From Candidatus Bipolaricaulota bacterium (GTDB lineage: Bacteria; Bipolaricaulota; Bipolaricaulia; Bipolaricaulales; Bipolaricaulaceae): a DNA stretch of 63,853 nucleotides. Each line of letters begins with the position of its first letter. Within the stretch, counting starts at the first letter, position 1. Location of the stretch: NCBI GenBank assembly GCA_026418075.1, contig JAOACA010000002.1, positions 1 through 63,853 of the forward strand, given 5' to 3'. Positions 1 through 9,210 of this stretch are shown here, one piece after another. The translations under genes were made by a program, and so were the position numbers. The notes beneath the pieces are model-generated. The model made no database searches, was not told where the DNA came from, and saw nothing but the letters and a program-made list of their open reading frames with translations.

Positions 1-111
1 CCCCTGGTCGGCGGCCACGGGGAACCCGAGGGCGTCCCGCCAGAACGCCACCGCCCGCGGAAGATCGTCGTAGTACAGGTTGACGATCGTCCCATCCACC
101 GCCGGCTCCAC
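1..111 (-). CDS. VOC/glyoxalase-family protein, N-terminal part (runs off window edge)
   Basis: Manual translation from GTG at 111: MEPAVDGTIVNLYYDDLPRAVAFWRDALGF, matching the VOC 'D..A..F....LGF' pattern; starts 2 nt after the PC4 gene stop. Confidence 0.65.
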   Translation of the reverse strand, partial: MEPAVDGTIVNLYYDDLPRAVAFWRDALGFPVAADQG

Positions 112-113
112 CG

Positions 114-323
114 TCAGCCCTCCTTCTTCAGGGCCTCGACCAGGGCCTCCCGGAGCTCCCAGGGGAGGGAGACCCCCTTCTTCGTGGGGAGCCACTGCCC
201 GTCGTCGGCCTGGAAGAACTGGCGGAGATCCAGGTACGCCTTCCCGCGGAACACGGTCCGCCGGAGGACGACCTTCTGCCCCGCTCCCCGCTCGAACTCG
301 GCGATCACGCGCTCCTCGTCCAC
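114..323 (-). CDS. PC4/YdbC-family ssDNA-binding protein
   Basis: 69 aa with FRGKAYLDLRQFF...WLPTKKGVSL, the PC4 (p15) signature; AAGGAGG SD upstream. Confidence 0.85.
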   Translation of the reverse strand: MDEERVIAEFERGAGQKVVLRRTVFRGKAYLDLRQFFQADDGQWLPTKKGVSLPWELREALVEALKKEG

Positions 324-395
324 GCCGCCTCCTTCCCCGCATTCTACCTCCCCTCCCCCGGCCTCGGCCGGTAGACTCGCCCCCCGGGAGCGACG

Positions 396-1355
396 GTGGG
401 GGAGGTACGGAAGCGGAAGACGTGGAGGGAGTTCCTCCGCGAGCTCCGGGAGATCTACCTCCGGGGGGACCCGCGGGGGCTCGCGGCGGCGTGGCAGGCA
501 GGGAGGCGGACCCCCGGGGCGCGGCTCCTCGTCTGGAGCGTGGAGCGGATCTACCCCGTGGGACAGACCCTCGAGGTGGCCGCGGAGCTCGAAGCCCGCA
601 TGGCCCGGGAAGGCCTCGGCGCGGCCTCCCGGTGGCTTCTTGCCACCTTCTTCCCCGGGTGGAGGGCGGAGATCCCCCCGGAGACGGCCGAGGCCCTGGC
701 CTCAAGCCCCGTCCTCATCTACGGCAACCACCCCTCGTTCCTCACCCCGTTCCTCGTCGCCGCCACCGTCCCCCGGGAGGACCTCAAGATGGTCTCCGAC
801 TCGATCCTCGACCGCCTCCTCCCGAGCTTCCAGAGGCACGCGCTCCCCGTATCCATCCCCCCGGCCGGGGGGTGGGGCGAGCTCCGGGCCGGGGGGCTCC
901 CCCGGGTGATCGTCACCGCGCTCGCCGCCCAGCTGTGGCGCTGCCCCCCCGACCAGGACGAGGTGCGCGAGGCCAACCGCCGGTCCCTCGCCGGGGCCGC
1001 GGAGCACGTCCGCTCGGGCGGGGCGGTCCTCATCACCCCCGGGGGCTGGAGCCCCCGCGACCGGCTGTGGTTCTCCGGGATCGGCCAGATCGCCCTGGAC
1101 GTCCACCAGGGCCTCGGGGGCCAGCCGTGGTTCCTCGTTCCGTTCCGAGAGGAGCGCTCCTCCAACGACCGCGTGCGGGCCGTCCTCTCCTCGGGGCCTG
1201 TGGCCCGGGTCAAGCGGGGGCTCGTCTACCGGAAACCCGTGACCATCCGCTACGGAACCCCGCTTCTGCTGAGTAGCCTGGGCCGCCTCCCCAACAACCC
1301 CTCGGCCGCCACCCGCCTCCTTGAGGACCGCTACCGCCGGGACTTCGGGCTCTAG
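396..1355 (+). CDS. PlsC-like (lyso)phospholipid acyltransferase-family protein with divergent motifs
   Basis: VLIYGNHPS block I and VLITPGG (FPEG-like) block III; the canonical HX4D Asp is absent (NHPSFLTP). Confidence 0.6.
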   Translation: MGEVRKRKTWREFLRELREIYLRGDPRGLAAAWQAGRRTPGARLLVWSVERIYPVGQTLEVAAELEARMAREGLGAASRWLLATFFPGWRAEIPPETAEALASSPVLIYGNHPSFLTPFLVAATVPREDLKMVSDSILDRLLPSFQRHALPVSIPPAGGWGELRAGGLPRVIVTALAAQLWRCPPDQDEVREANRRSLAGAAEHVRSGGAVLITPGGWSPRDRLWFSGIGQIALDVHQGLGGQPWFLVPFREERSSNDRVRAVLSSGPVARVKRGLVYRKPVTIRYGTPLLLSSLGRLPNNPSAATRLLEDRYRRDFGL

Positions 1356-2539
1356 AGGGCGAACGCCGCGGCCAGGGCGGCGAGGGCCAGGGCCGCCGCC
1401 GCGGGGGGGAGGAGCCTCCCCCACACCGCGGACAGGGGAACCCCCACGTGCTCCGCGGACACGGTGAGGCAGGGGTGGAGGGGGGAGAGGAGGTACCCGA
1501 GGTACGAGGCGAGGTACGTCACGGCGAACGCCCACGGGGGCATCGCCCCCGCCGCGCCCACGTAGAGGGGGATCACGAGGGAGAGCGCGGCCTGCTGCCG
1601 GCCGGTGGCGAACCCCAGCGCCCACCCCACCCCCACCGCAAGGGCGGCCGGGGGAAGGGCGAGGGCGGCGATCCGGCCCGGAACCCCCGCCCGCTGGAAC
1701 ACGGCAAGGTACGAGAACACCCCGATCACAATCAGCCCAAACCGCCACGCCCTCTCCTTCCGGGCAACGGCCAGGAGTTCCCGCAGGGAAAGCCTCCTCG
1801 CCGCGGCGAGGGCCAAGCTCGCCGCGGCCGCGCCCACGGTGGCAAGCTCGGGCACCGGCAGGGGGACCCACCGCTTGAGGACGAGGTCCAGGACCGGGGC
1901 GGTGAACAGGATCGCAAGAGGGACGAGGCTCGCCCGCCGCGGCCGGTTCCCCGCCCCCTCGACCCGCCCGTGGACCGTTCGCAGAAGGGCGACGGAGCCC
2001 AGGACGGCCAGGAGGGCCACCGCGGGGAGCTGGTAGGGGAGGACGCCCCACACGTCGAGGCCGGCGAGGAGGGCCCCGGTGATCAGGGCCGGGGACAGGG
2101 GGTAGACGGCGTGGAGGGTGTGGCGGAACCAGACGTTGGCCGCGGCCCGGAGCTCCGGGGTCGAGCCCCCGGCCCGCTCGACCAGGGGGGAGGAGAGGAG
2201 GGCGCCCCCGGGGACGGGGAGCATCCCCAAAAGGGCCGGGGCCAGGGCGTACACCGCCCGCCGGCTCCGGGGAAGCCCGGAAAGAAGGTCCTCCAGCCGC
2301 CCCGTCGCCGCCAGCGCCCCCCCGATCAGGGGGATGAGGGCCATCGCCAGGGCCAGGAGGGGGACGCTCGGGCTCGTCCAGACGGACAGGAACGCCCGCC
2401 CGACCTCGAGCGGCGGAAGGGAGAGGAACCCCAGGGCGAGGGCCCCGAGGACCATCGCCCCCCACAGGCTCCACCGGGCCAGGCCCAGCACGAGGCCCAG
2501 GGAAAGGAGCAGCCCGATCCAGACCACGCGCCCTCCCAA
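1352..2539 (-). CDS. DUF401-like polytopic membrane protein (putative transporter)
   Basis: Many TM segments; GMLPVPGGALLSSP, NVWFRH and LSPLHPCL motifs. Confidence 0.75.
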   Translation of the reverse strand: MGGRVVWIGLLLSLGLVLGLARWSLWGAMVLGALALGFLSLPPLEVGRAFLSVWTSPSVPLLALAMALIPLIGGALAATGRLEDLLSGLPRSRRAVYALAPALLGMLPVPGGALLSSPLVERAGGSTPELRAAANVWFRHTLHAVYPLSPALITGALLAGLDVWGVLPYQLPAVALLAVLGSVALLRTVHGRVEGAGNRPRRASLVPLAILFTAPVLDLVLKRWVPLPVPELATVGAAAASLALAAARRLSLRELLAVARKERAWRFGLIVIGVFSYLAVFQRAGVPGRIAALALPPAALAVGVGWALGFATGRQQAALSLVIPLYVGAAGAMPPWAFAVTYLASYLGYLLSPLHPCLTVSAEHVGVPLSAVWGRLLPPAAAALALAALAAAFAL

Positions 2540-2587
2540 GCGGCGGCCCGCCGCAGGGGGCGGGCCACCGTCGCAAGGTTTCTGCCG

Positions 2588-3373
2588 TTACAGCTTCAGC
2601 TTGCCCAAGTTCCCCGGCTCAAAGTAGCTATCGGGGATGTCCGCCGCGGAGCGCTCCGTGATCTCCACCGTGGCCCGGCCGCCCTTCAGGCGGTCCTCGA
2701 CCACGAGCCGGGCCGGCCGGAGCCCCACCGCGTCCCGCACAAGCTCGGGAACGGAGAGGACCCGGGCGAGCTTCCCCCCCCGGTCGAAGAACTCCGCCCG
2801 GAGGACGAGGTACGCCTCCTTGTGGACCCAGAGGAGGATCCGCGACCAGTCCTGACCCGCCTTCGCCGGGAGAAGCTCGAGCTTCCACGCCCTCGCCCCG
2901 AGAAGGGCCTCTTCCCCGACGATCGCCGGGGTGTACCCCTCCCGGTAGCTGAACCCGCTCGCCACGTCGTCGTAGGTGATCCCGCTTCCGGCGATGAACT
3001 CCCCCTTCCGCTCCCCCTCCCCGACGAGCTCCTTCAGGATCTCGAGGTCCGGGAGCCATAGCCAGATCCGCCCCGGGCCGGCCTTGGGGGTGTGGGCAAG
3101 GTACAGGGTCCCGGCCACGAGCTCGGGGGCGGCGTAGAGGAGGAGGGTCTTCGTCGTCCCGTCGGGGAACTCCTTGGCCCACACCCGGAACGCGTAGAAC
3201 GCCCCCGGCTGGCCCGCCTCCTCGATCCGCACCGCGAGGGACACGTACAGGCTCCCCGTCCCGGTCCCGAACAAGCTCGCCTTCTCCACCCGGGCCAGGA
3301 TCTCGCTCGCCGTCTGCGCCCATCCCGCCACAGCCAGGAAGCCCACCGCCATCACCACAACAACACGCTTCAT
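2588..3373 (-). CDS. LolA-like outer-membrane lipoprotein-sorting protein
   Basis: ATG at 3373 overlaps the MMPL stop (ATGA); signal peptide MKRVVVVMAVGFLAVAGWA; IWLWLP, GEFIAGSGITYDD, AEFFDRGGKL and IPDSYF motifs. Confidence 0.8.
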   Translation of the reverse strand: MKRVVVVMAVGFLAVAGWAQTASEILARVEKASLFGTGTGSLYVSLAVRIEEAGQPGAFYAFRVWAKEFPDGTTKTLLLYAAPELVAGTLYLAHTPKAGPGRIWLWLPDLEILKELVGEGERKGEFIAGSGITYDDVASGFSYREGYTPAIVGEEALLGARAWKLELLPAKAGQDWSRILLWVHKEAYLVLRAEFFDRGGKLARVLSVPELVRDAVGLRPARLVVEDRLKGGRATVEITERSAADIPDSYFEPGNLGKLKL

Positions 3374-5718
3374 GCTCCACCTCCGTGCACCTGCTGGAGA
3401 TCTTTCCGCCGGGCCCTCCGCCCAAACCCCGGGGCGAGCCACCCCGGCCGCACCCAGGGCAGCACCGCCGGGAGGACGAACAGGGCCCCGACGAGGCTCG
3501 ACACCATCGTCAAGGCGATGAGCCAGCCGAAGGTCTGGAGGGCCCCAAAGCTCGAAAGGAGCATCACCAGGAACCCCAGGGTCAAGGTCGCGGCGTTCAC
3601 CAGGATCCCCCGCCCCGAGGTGGCGATCGTCCGGGCGAACGCCTCGCGGTGGTCCGCCTCCTCCCGCTCCCTCCGGTAGCGGGCGAGGAAGTGGACCGCG
3701 TAGTCGACCCCGATCCCCACGGTGAGGCTGGCGATCATCACCGTCGCCATGTCGAGGTGGGCCCCGGCGTAGCCCATCACCCCGAAGTTCCCGGCCACGG
3801 TGACGACCAAGGGGACGAGGACGAGGAGCCCCGCCCCAAGGGAGCCCAGAACGAGGACCACGAGGAGGACCACCGCCCCCAGGCTCGTCCCCAGGCTCAC
3901 GATCTGGGACTGGATGAGCTTGAGGGAGAGCTGGACGTAGAGGGCGGGGGACCCGGTGACGTAGGCCTCGACCACCTGGGGCGGCTTCTCCCGGGCGATG
4001 AACGCCTCCACGGCCTCGCTCAGGGCCCGGTAGCCGGCGAGGCCGACCGAGCGGACCCGCGCCGCGATCCGTCCCCACCGGAACCGCTCCGCGGCCATCC
4101 CCCCCGTCACCCTCCCCCCTCCCCCCTCGTAGAGGAGGAGGACCTGGGCCACCGCCCGCTCCGTCCCGGGGATCGCGTAGAACGCGGGATCATCTCCGCG
4201 AAGCGTGAAGTAGGTCTCCTTCACGAGGTCCGCCAGGGACGAGGTCGAGCCCACCTCGGGCCGCTCCTCGAGGAACCGCTGGAGCCGGTCGAAGAACCGG
4301 AGGACCTCGGGGTTCTTGAGCCCGTCGGCCCGCCCCGTGTCCACCACCACGGAGAGCTCCTGGCTCCCCCCGAACCGGTCCTCCACGAACCGCAGCCCCC
4401 GGACCACCGGGGAGTCGGACCGGAAGTACTTCGTCACGTCGGATTCCACCTTGAGGAAGGGGATCCCCGCGAGGAACGCCCCGAACACGGCCAGGGCGAG
4501 GACGAGGGTGACCACCGGTCGCCGGGCCACGAACCCCGTACCCCGGACCACGAGGCGGTCGAACAGGACCCGCGTCGGCCGCTCGCGGGGACGCGGCAGG
4601 GGGAGGAGGGCGAGGACCGCCGGGATGAGGGTGAGCGAGAGCACAAACGCGGCCATCGTCCCCCAAGCGGCGAACACCCCGAACTCCCTCGTCGGGACGA
4701 GGAACGCCGAAAGGAGCGTTAAGAACCCGGCAGCGGTGGTGAGGGCCGCCCCCGCAATCGGGGTCAGCATCTCGTCCGCGATCCGCCGGGCGAGCTCCCG
4801 CCGGTCCCCTCCCCGGCGGGAGAGCTCGTTGTGGTCGTTCACCACGTGGATCCCGTACGCCGAGCCCACCGCCACAAGGAGGACGGGGAGGAACGTCGAG
4901 ATCATCGTGAGCTTGGCCCCGACAAGCCCCACGAACCCCATCGTCCAGACGAGGGACACGAGGACCACCGCCATCGGGAGGAGGACCCCCCGCAGGGTGC
5001 GGAAGCTCGCAAACAGGACCGCGACCACCACGGCGACCACCACGGGGAGGAGGAACGCGAGGTCCCGCCGCATGTAGCGGTTGACGTACACGAGGAACGC
5101 CGCGTCGCCGGAGGTGTAGTAGGACTCCGGCCCCCCGTGGCGGGCGGGGATCCCCTCGAGGTGGGCGAGGACCCGCCCCATCGCCACCTCGTCGTCCTCG
5201 TACTCGGGGTGGGCCTTGAGGACGAGGACCGCCGCGGAACCATCGGCCCGGATCAGGGCGTCCCGGACGAGCCGCTCCCCGAGGACCGCCTCTTGGAACG
5301 CCCGCACGTCCTCGTCGGTCTCGGGCGGCCGGGGGAGGGGTGGGCGGACGGTGATCGCCGCGGCCGTCCCCCGAACGATCTGGGCCGTGGTGGGGGAGAT
5401 CACCTCCTCCAGAAGCCCCTCGTCCACCAGGGTCTGGAGCTCGTCCGTGATCCGGTAGAGCTTCTGGAGGGAGGGAAGGTCGAACAGGGTCCCCCCCTCC
5501 TCGGCCACCACGGCGAGCATGAACAGGGACTGGCCGCCGAAGAGCTTCCGCGCCCGGTCGTACTGGGCAACGATCGGGTCCCCCTTGGGGAGCATCTGGG
5601 AGTAGTCGGCCTGGAACCCAAGCCGGGGGAGGAACAGGGCGAAGACAAGGGTGACGAGGGCGATCCCGCCCAACGTCGCCCAGGGGTGGTCCACGAGCCA
5701 GGCGAGGACCCGCCGCAT
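3370..5718 (-). CDS. MMPL/RND-family transporter
   Basis: 782 aa in two repeated halves; VGSAYGIH and GIGVDYAVH motifs. Confidence 0.9.
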   Translation of the reverse strand: MRRVLAWLVDHPWATLGGIALVTLVFALFLPRLGFQADYSQMLPKGDPIVAQYDRARKLFGGQSLFMLAVVAEEGGTLFDLPSLQKLYRITDELQTLVDEGLLEEVISPTTAQIVRGTAAAITVRPPLPRPPETDEDVRAFQEAVLGERLVRDALIRADGSAAVLVLKAHPEYEDDEVAMGRVLAHLEGIPARHGGPESYYTSGDAAFLVYVNRYMRRDLAFLLPVVVAVVVAVLFASFRTLRGVLLPMAVVLVSLVWTMGFVGLVGAKLTMISTFLPVLLVAVGSAYGIHVVNDHNELSRRGGDRRELARRIADEMLTPIAGAALTTAAGFLTLLSAFLVPTREFGVFAAWGTMAAFVLSLTLIPAVLALLPLPRPRERPTRVLFDRLVVRGTGFVARRPVVTLVLALAVFGAFLAGIPFLKVESDVTKYFRSDSPVVRGLRFVEDRFGGSQELSVVVDTGRADGLKNPEVLRFFDRLQRFLEERPEVGSTSSLADLVKETYFTLRGDDPAFYAIPGTERAVAQVLLLYEGGGGRVTGGMAAERFRWGRIAARVRSVGLAGYRALSEAVEAFIAREKPPQVVEAYVTGSPALYVQLSLKLIQSQIVSLGTSLGAVVLLVVLVLGSLGAGLLVLVPLVVTVAGNFGVMGYAGAHLDMATVMIASLTVGIGVDYAVHFLARYRREREEADHREAFARTIATSGRGILVNAATLTLGFLVMLLSSFGALQTFGWLIALTMVSSLVGALFVLPAVLPWVRPGWLAPGFGRRARRKDLQQVHGGGA

Positions 5719-5721
5719 CCC

Positions 5722-6156
5722 CTACGGCCCCCCCACGAGGACCCCGAGGCGCAGGAGGTGGAGCGAGAGGAGGAAGGCGTAGACGTCGTCCCCCGACCCG
5801 CGGACCTGGCGCGCCCCGCCAAACGCCTGGGTCACCCCCTCCACGAGCCCGGCGTAGACGAGGGGAAGGGGATCGGGGAGGTACCCCACCGGGGCCGGGG
5901 AGAGGAGCCAGACGTAGGGGCCCCGGGCGGGGAAGAGGAGGACGAACAGGAACGGCTCCCCCGCCCACGGCTCCGCGGGCAGGGCCCGGACGGCCTTCAC
6001 CGCGAAGACCTCGGTCGCCCGAAGGGCCCTCGCCAGGGCCTGGATCCGGAGGGACTCCTCCACCGTCTCCGTCTCGTCCACGACGAGGAGCCGCACCGGC
6101 TGGGCCGACGCGGCCACGGCCAAAGCGAGGGCCACAGCGAAAGCAAGTTTTTTCAC
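5722..6156 (-). CDS. Secreted hypothetical protein
   Basis: GTG at 6156 overlaps the TetR stop (GTGA); signal peptide MKKLAFAVALALAVAASA; lies within the operon. Confidence 0.65.
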   Translation of the reverse strand: MKKLAFAVALALAVAASAQPVRLLVVDETETVEESLRIQALARALRATEVFAVKAVRALPAEPWAGEPFLFVLLFPARGPYVWLLSPAPVGYLPDPLPLVYAGLVEGVTQAFGGARQVRGSGDDVYAFLLSLHLLRLGVLVGGP

Positions 6157-6776
6157 GATCGGACCTCCTCCGGCTGGAGGGCCCGCCAGGCGAGCTCCGC
6201 CACCTCCCGCGGCCCCTCCCGCCGCACCTCCGCCGCGACCCGGTCCCCGCCCACCGCCCGGGCGGTCACGGACTCCACGAGCCCGAGGAGGGCGTAGGCG
6301 GTGAGGAGGGGGTGGGCCCGGCGGATCTCCCCCCGGTCCATCGCCTGGGCGAGGAGGCGGGCGACCGCCTGGGCGTACCGGTCCCGGAGGGCGAGGAGGG
6401 CCTTGCGCAGCCCCGGGACCTCCCCGTGCCAGGCCCGGCCGACGAGGAACCCCCGTTCCCCGCCCCGGGCGAGGGAGGCGAAGTGGAGTTCCACCACCTG
6501 GCGGAGGACCTCCCGGGCCGGGGCCCCCTCCGCCCACAGCCGCCGGGCCTCGGCCAGCCACCGCTCGTACTCCGCCCGGAGGGCGGCGAGGAACACCTCC
6601 TCCTTGGACGGGAAGTAGTGGTAGAGGGCCCCGATCGAGACCCCGGCCTCCGCGGCGATCCGCCGCATCCCCGTCCGGTGGAAGCCCTCCTGGGCAAACA
6701 GCCGCCCGGCCGCGGCGAGGATCCGCTCCTCCACCGACGGGCCGGCCGGGGCCTCCGAACGAACGTTCGTTCGCAC
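6153..6776 (-). CDS. TetR/AcrR-family transcriptional regulator
   Basis: RILAAAGRLFAQEGFHRTGMRRIAAEAGVSIGALYHYFPSKEE helix-turn-helix. Confidence 0.95.
   Translation of the reverse strand: MRTNVRSEAPAGPSVEERILAAAGRLFAQEGFHRTGMRRIAAEAGVSIGALYHYFPSKEEVFLAALRAEYERWLAEARRLWAEGAPAREVLRQVVELHFASLARGGERGFLVGRAWHGEVPGLRKALLALRDRYAQAVARLLAQAMDRGEIRRAHPLLTAYALLGLVESVTARAVGGDRVAAEVRREGPREVAELAWRALQPEEVRS
6756..6773. promoter_or_regulatory. Perfect 18-bp palindrome, probable TetR operator
   Basis: CGAACGAACGTTCGTTCG is its own reverse complement and lies just downstream of the tetR promoter. Confidence 0.7.
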
Positions 6777-6783
6777 GGCCGGA

Positions 6784-6811
6784 ATTCTAGGAGGTCAAAG
6801 CCTCAAGTCAA
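6784..6811 (-). promoter_or_regulatory. Sigma70-type promoter of the tetR operon
   Basis: TTGACT-N16-TAGAAT, with the -10 box 7 nt before the GTG start. Confidence 0.6.
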
Positions 6812-7206
6812 GGCCCGCCGCAGGACGGGCAGCGCCAGGTGATCTCCCCGGTGAGGAGGTTCCACCGGACAGGGAGGAGGGTCCCCCCGCAGCGGGGGCA
6901 GGGGGCCCCGCCCAACGAGGCCCGGACCTCGAACGGGCCCGGGGGGGCTTCCACCCGGAGGGGAGCACCGACCCGGAGCTCGACCGCCCCCATCCCCACC
7001 TCCACCGGCCCCTCCACCCCGATCGTCCCCCCGACGGCGAGGGGCCCCTGGATCCGGAGGGGCTCCACGACCTCGACCCGGACCCCCCGGGTGGCGATCC
7101 CCCAGGTGAGGACGAGAAGGGCGGCGAGAAGCCCGACGACGACGAGGATCCCCAGTCCGAGCACCCAGCGGTACACCGGCGACCACCTCCGGGGCCAAGG
7201 GTACAA
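6808..7206 (-). CDS. Membrane-anchored hypothetical protein with C-terminal zinc ribbon
   Basis: One N-terminal TM helix; CPRCGG...WRCPSCGG; start codon uncertain (TTG just after the tRNA cluster). Confidence 0.55.
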   Translation of the reverse strand: MYPWPRRWSPVYRWVLGLGILVVVGLLAALLVLTWGIATRGVRVEVVEPLRIQGPLAVGGTIGVEGPVEVGMGAVELRVGAPLRVEAPPGPFEVRASLGGAPCPRCGGTLLPVRWNLLTGEITWRCPSCGGP

Positions 7207-7213
7207 GAGAGAG

Positions 7214-7287
7214 CGCGCCCGGGAGGACTTGAACCCCCAACCCTCGGCTCCGAAGGCCGATGCTCTGGTCCGTTGAGCTACGGGCGC
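7214..7287 (-). tRNA. tRNA-Arg(TCG)
   Basis: Cloverleaf with GCGCCCG/CGGGCGC acceptor stem, anticodon loop CT-TCG-GA, GGTTCAAGTCC T-arm; no encoded CCA. Confidence 0.93.
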
Positions 7288-7364
7288 TGGGAGGAGCGAC
7301 GGGACTTGAACCCGCGACCACCGCGGCCACAGCGCGGTGCTCTGCCAACTGAGCTACGCTCCCC
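7288..7364 (-). tRNA. tRNA-His(GTG)
   Basis: Anticodon loop CT-GTG-GC; encoded G-1, C discriminator and CCA. Confidence 0.95.
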
Positions 7365-7366
7365 TC

Positions 7367-7441
7367 CGCGCCCGGGAGGGCTCGAACCCCCGGCCTGCGG
7401 CTTAGAAGGCCGCCGCTCTAATCCAGCTGAGCTACGGGCGC
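7367..7441 (-). tRNA. tRNA-Arg(TCT)
   Basis: Anticodon loop CT-TCT-AA; GGTTCGAGCCC T-arm. Confidence 0.95.
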
Positions 7442-7443
7442 GG

Positions 7444-7514
7444 AGCGGGTAGCGGGAATCGAACCCGCGCCTCTGGCTTGGAAGGCCAGGGCTCTACCAC
7501 TGAGCTATACCCGC
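7444..7514 (-). tRNA. tRNA-Gly(TCC)
   Basis: GCGGGTA acceptor strand, anticodon loop CT-TCC-AA, U discriminator. Confidence 0.95.
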
Positions 7515-7518
7515 GGGG

Positions 7519-7596
7519 TGGTCGGAGAGGGCGGATTTGAACCGCCGACCTCATGGTCCCGAACCATGCGCGCTGACCAAGCTGCGCTACTCTCCG
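7519..7596 (-). tRNA. tRNA-Pro(CGG)
   Basis: CGGAGAG acceptor strand, anticodon loop TT-CGG-GA, encoded CCA; TAAGAT -10 box at 7605-7610. Confidence 0.95.
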
Positions 7597-7621
7597 CCAC
7601 CCCGATCTTACCGCACCCCCG

Positions 7622-9097
7622 CTACCGGAGGAAGACGAACCGGGTCCGCCCCCCGCTGACCACCGTGAGGAGGACCTCCTCCCGGTCCCCGATCCCGGAG
7701 ACGATCCGGTTCCAGTCCGCGATCGACTCCACGGGCTGGCGGTTGACCCCGACGATCACGTCCCCGACCTGGATCCCCGCCCAGTGGGCTCGGGACCCGG
7801 CGGCGACCTTGGTCACGACAACCCCCGTGGTGGTGGTGAGGCTGTACCGCCGGGCGAGGTCGGCCGTGATCGCGCTCACGGTGAGCCCGAACTTCTCCTG
7901 GCCGGTCTGGGGCTCGGCGGTCGGGGCCGCCCCCTCCTCCGGCCGCGCCCCGAGGGTCACCTCCACGGTGAGGGGCTTCCCGTCCCGGACGAGGGACACG
8001 GCCACCTTCTCCCCCACCGCCCGGTACATGATCTCCAGCTGCAGCTCGTTCGTGTCCCGGACGGGTTTTCCCCCTACCGCGGTGATCACGTCGCCCGAGC
8101 GGATCCCGGCCTTGGCCGCCGGCCCGCCAGGGACCACGTCGGACACGAGCACCCCCTGCCCGGCCTTGACCCCGAGCTTCCCCTCCATCCCGGGGACGAT
8201 GTCCTGGATGTACACCCCAAGCCAGGCCCGCGTCACCCGGCCCTGGGCCGCGATCTGGGACAGGGCCCGAACGATCTCGTTGATCGGGACGGCGAAGTTG
8301 ATCCCCTCCACCGCCACCCCGCTCTCCGTGGACCGGGCGATGACCGTGTTCATCCCCACCACCTGGCCGTAGGCGTTGACGAGGGGCCCTCCGGAGTTCC
8401 CAGGGTTGATCGCAGCGTCGGTCTGGATCATCCGCCGGAAGTAGCCGGACCCATCCGGCCGCGGTACATCCCGCCCGAGGGCGGACACGATCCCCAGGGT
8501 CACGGTGTGGGAAAGGCCAAGCGGGTTCCCGATCGCGATGACCCAGTCCCCAATCTCCAGCTTGTCGGAGTCCCCGAGCACAACCGGCGGGACGTCCAGG
8601 GAGTCCTCCACCGCCACCACGGCGAGGTCGAGGAGGCCATCCGTCCCCACGACCTTCGCCGGGAGCTCCTTCCCGCTCCGGGCGGTGATCCGGATCGAGG
8701 TCGCCCCCTCCACGACGTGGGCGTTCGTGAGGACGTACCGCTTTCCCCCGTACTCGACGAGGAACCCCGATCCAAGCGAGGTGACCTCCCGCTCCCCGAA
8801 GGGCCCAAGATCGAAGAACCGCCGCAGGAACGGGTCCTGGAGGAGCTCATCCCAGACGCTCGCCGTCTTTCGGACGACCTCCACCTTGACCACGCCTGGG
8901 GCCGCGGCGGCGATCGCCGCCTTGATCGCGGCCTGGCCTGAGGCGGCGATCGTCTCCTGAACGCTCTGGGCTTGGGCGTAGGCCGTGGCCCCCACCGACC
9001 CGCCCGCCACCCGGAGCTCCTCCCCCTGCCGCAGGGCGAAGGCCACCCCCACCCCGGCAAGCAGGAGCCCAAGAACGACCCACGTGAGCTTCCGCAT
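7622..9097 (-). CDS. degP: HtrA/DegP (Do-family) serine protease with two PDZ domains
   Basis: Signal/TM segment; SLGSGF, LTNAHVV, DLAVV, IQTDAAINPGNSGGPL; two PDZ repeats. Confidence 0.93.
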   Translation of the reverse strand: MRKLTWVVLGLLLAGVGVAFALRQGEELRVAGGSVGATAYAQAQSVQETIAASGQAAIKAAIAAAAPGVVKVEVVRKTASVWDELLQDPFLRRFFDLGPFGEREVTSLGSGFLVEYGGKRYVLTNAHVVEGATSIRITARSGKELPAKVVGTDGLLDLAVVAVEDSLDVPPVVLGDSDKLEIGDWVIAIGNPLGLSHTVTLGIVSALGRDVPRPDGSGYFRRMIQTDAAINPGNSGGPLVNAYGQVVGMNTVIARSTESGVAVEGINFAVPINEIVRALSQIAAQGRVTRAWLGVYIQDIVPGMEGKLGVKAGQGVLVSDVVPGGPAAKAGIRSGDVITAVGGKPVRDTNELQLEIMYRAVGEKVAVSLVRDGKPLTVEVTLGARPEEGAAPTAEPQTGQEKFGLTVSAITADLARRYSLTTTTGVVVTKVAAGSRAHWAGIQVGDVIVGVNRQPVESIADWNRIVSGIGDREEVLLTVVSGGRTRFVFLR

Positions 9098-9210
9098 CGC
9101 AAGCCACCTCCTTCAACTGTCAACCAGGCTACCCGGCCCGTTGGAGGACCGGTGGTCCGGATGTGGAGATCCGGTGGAGCGGCTCCACCCCGGGGACCTA
9201 TGATACCGGC

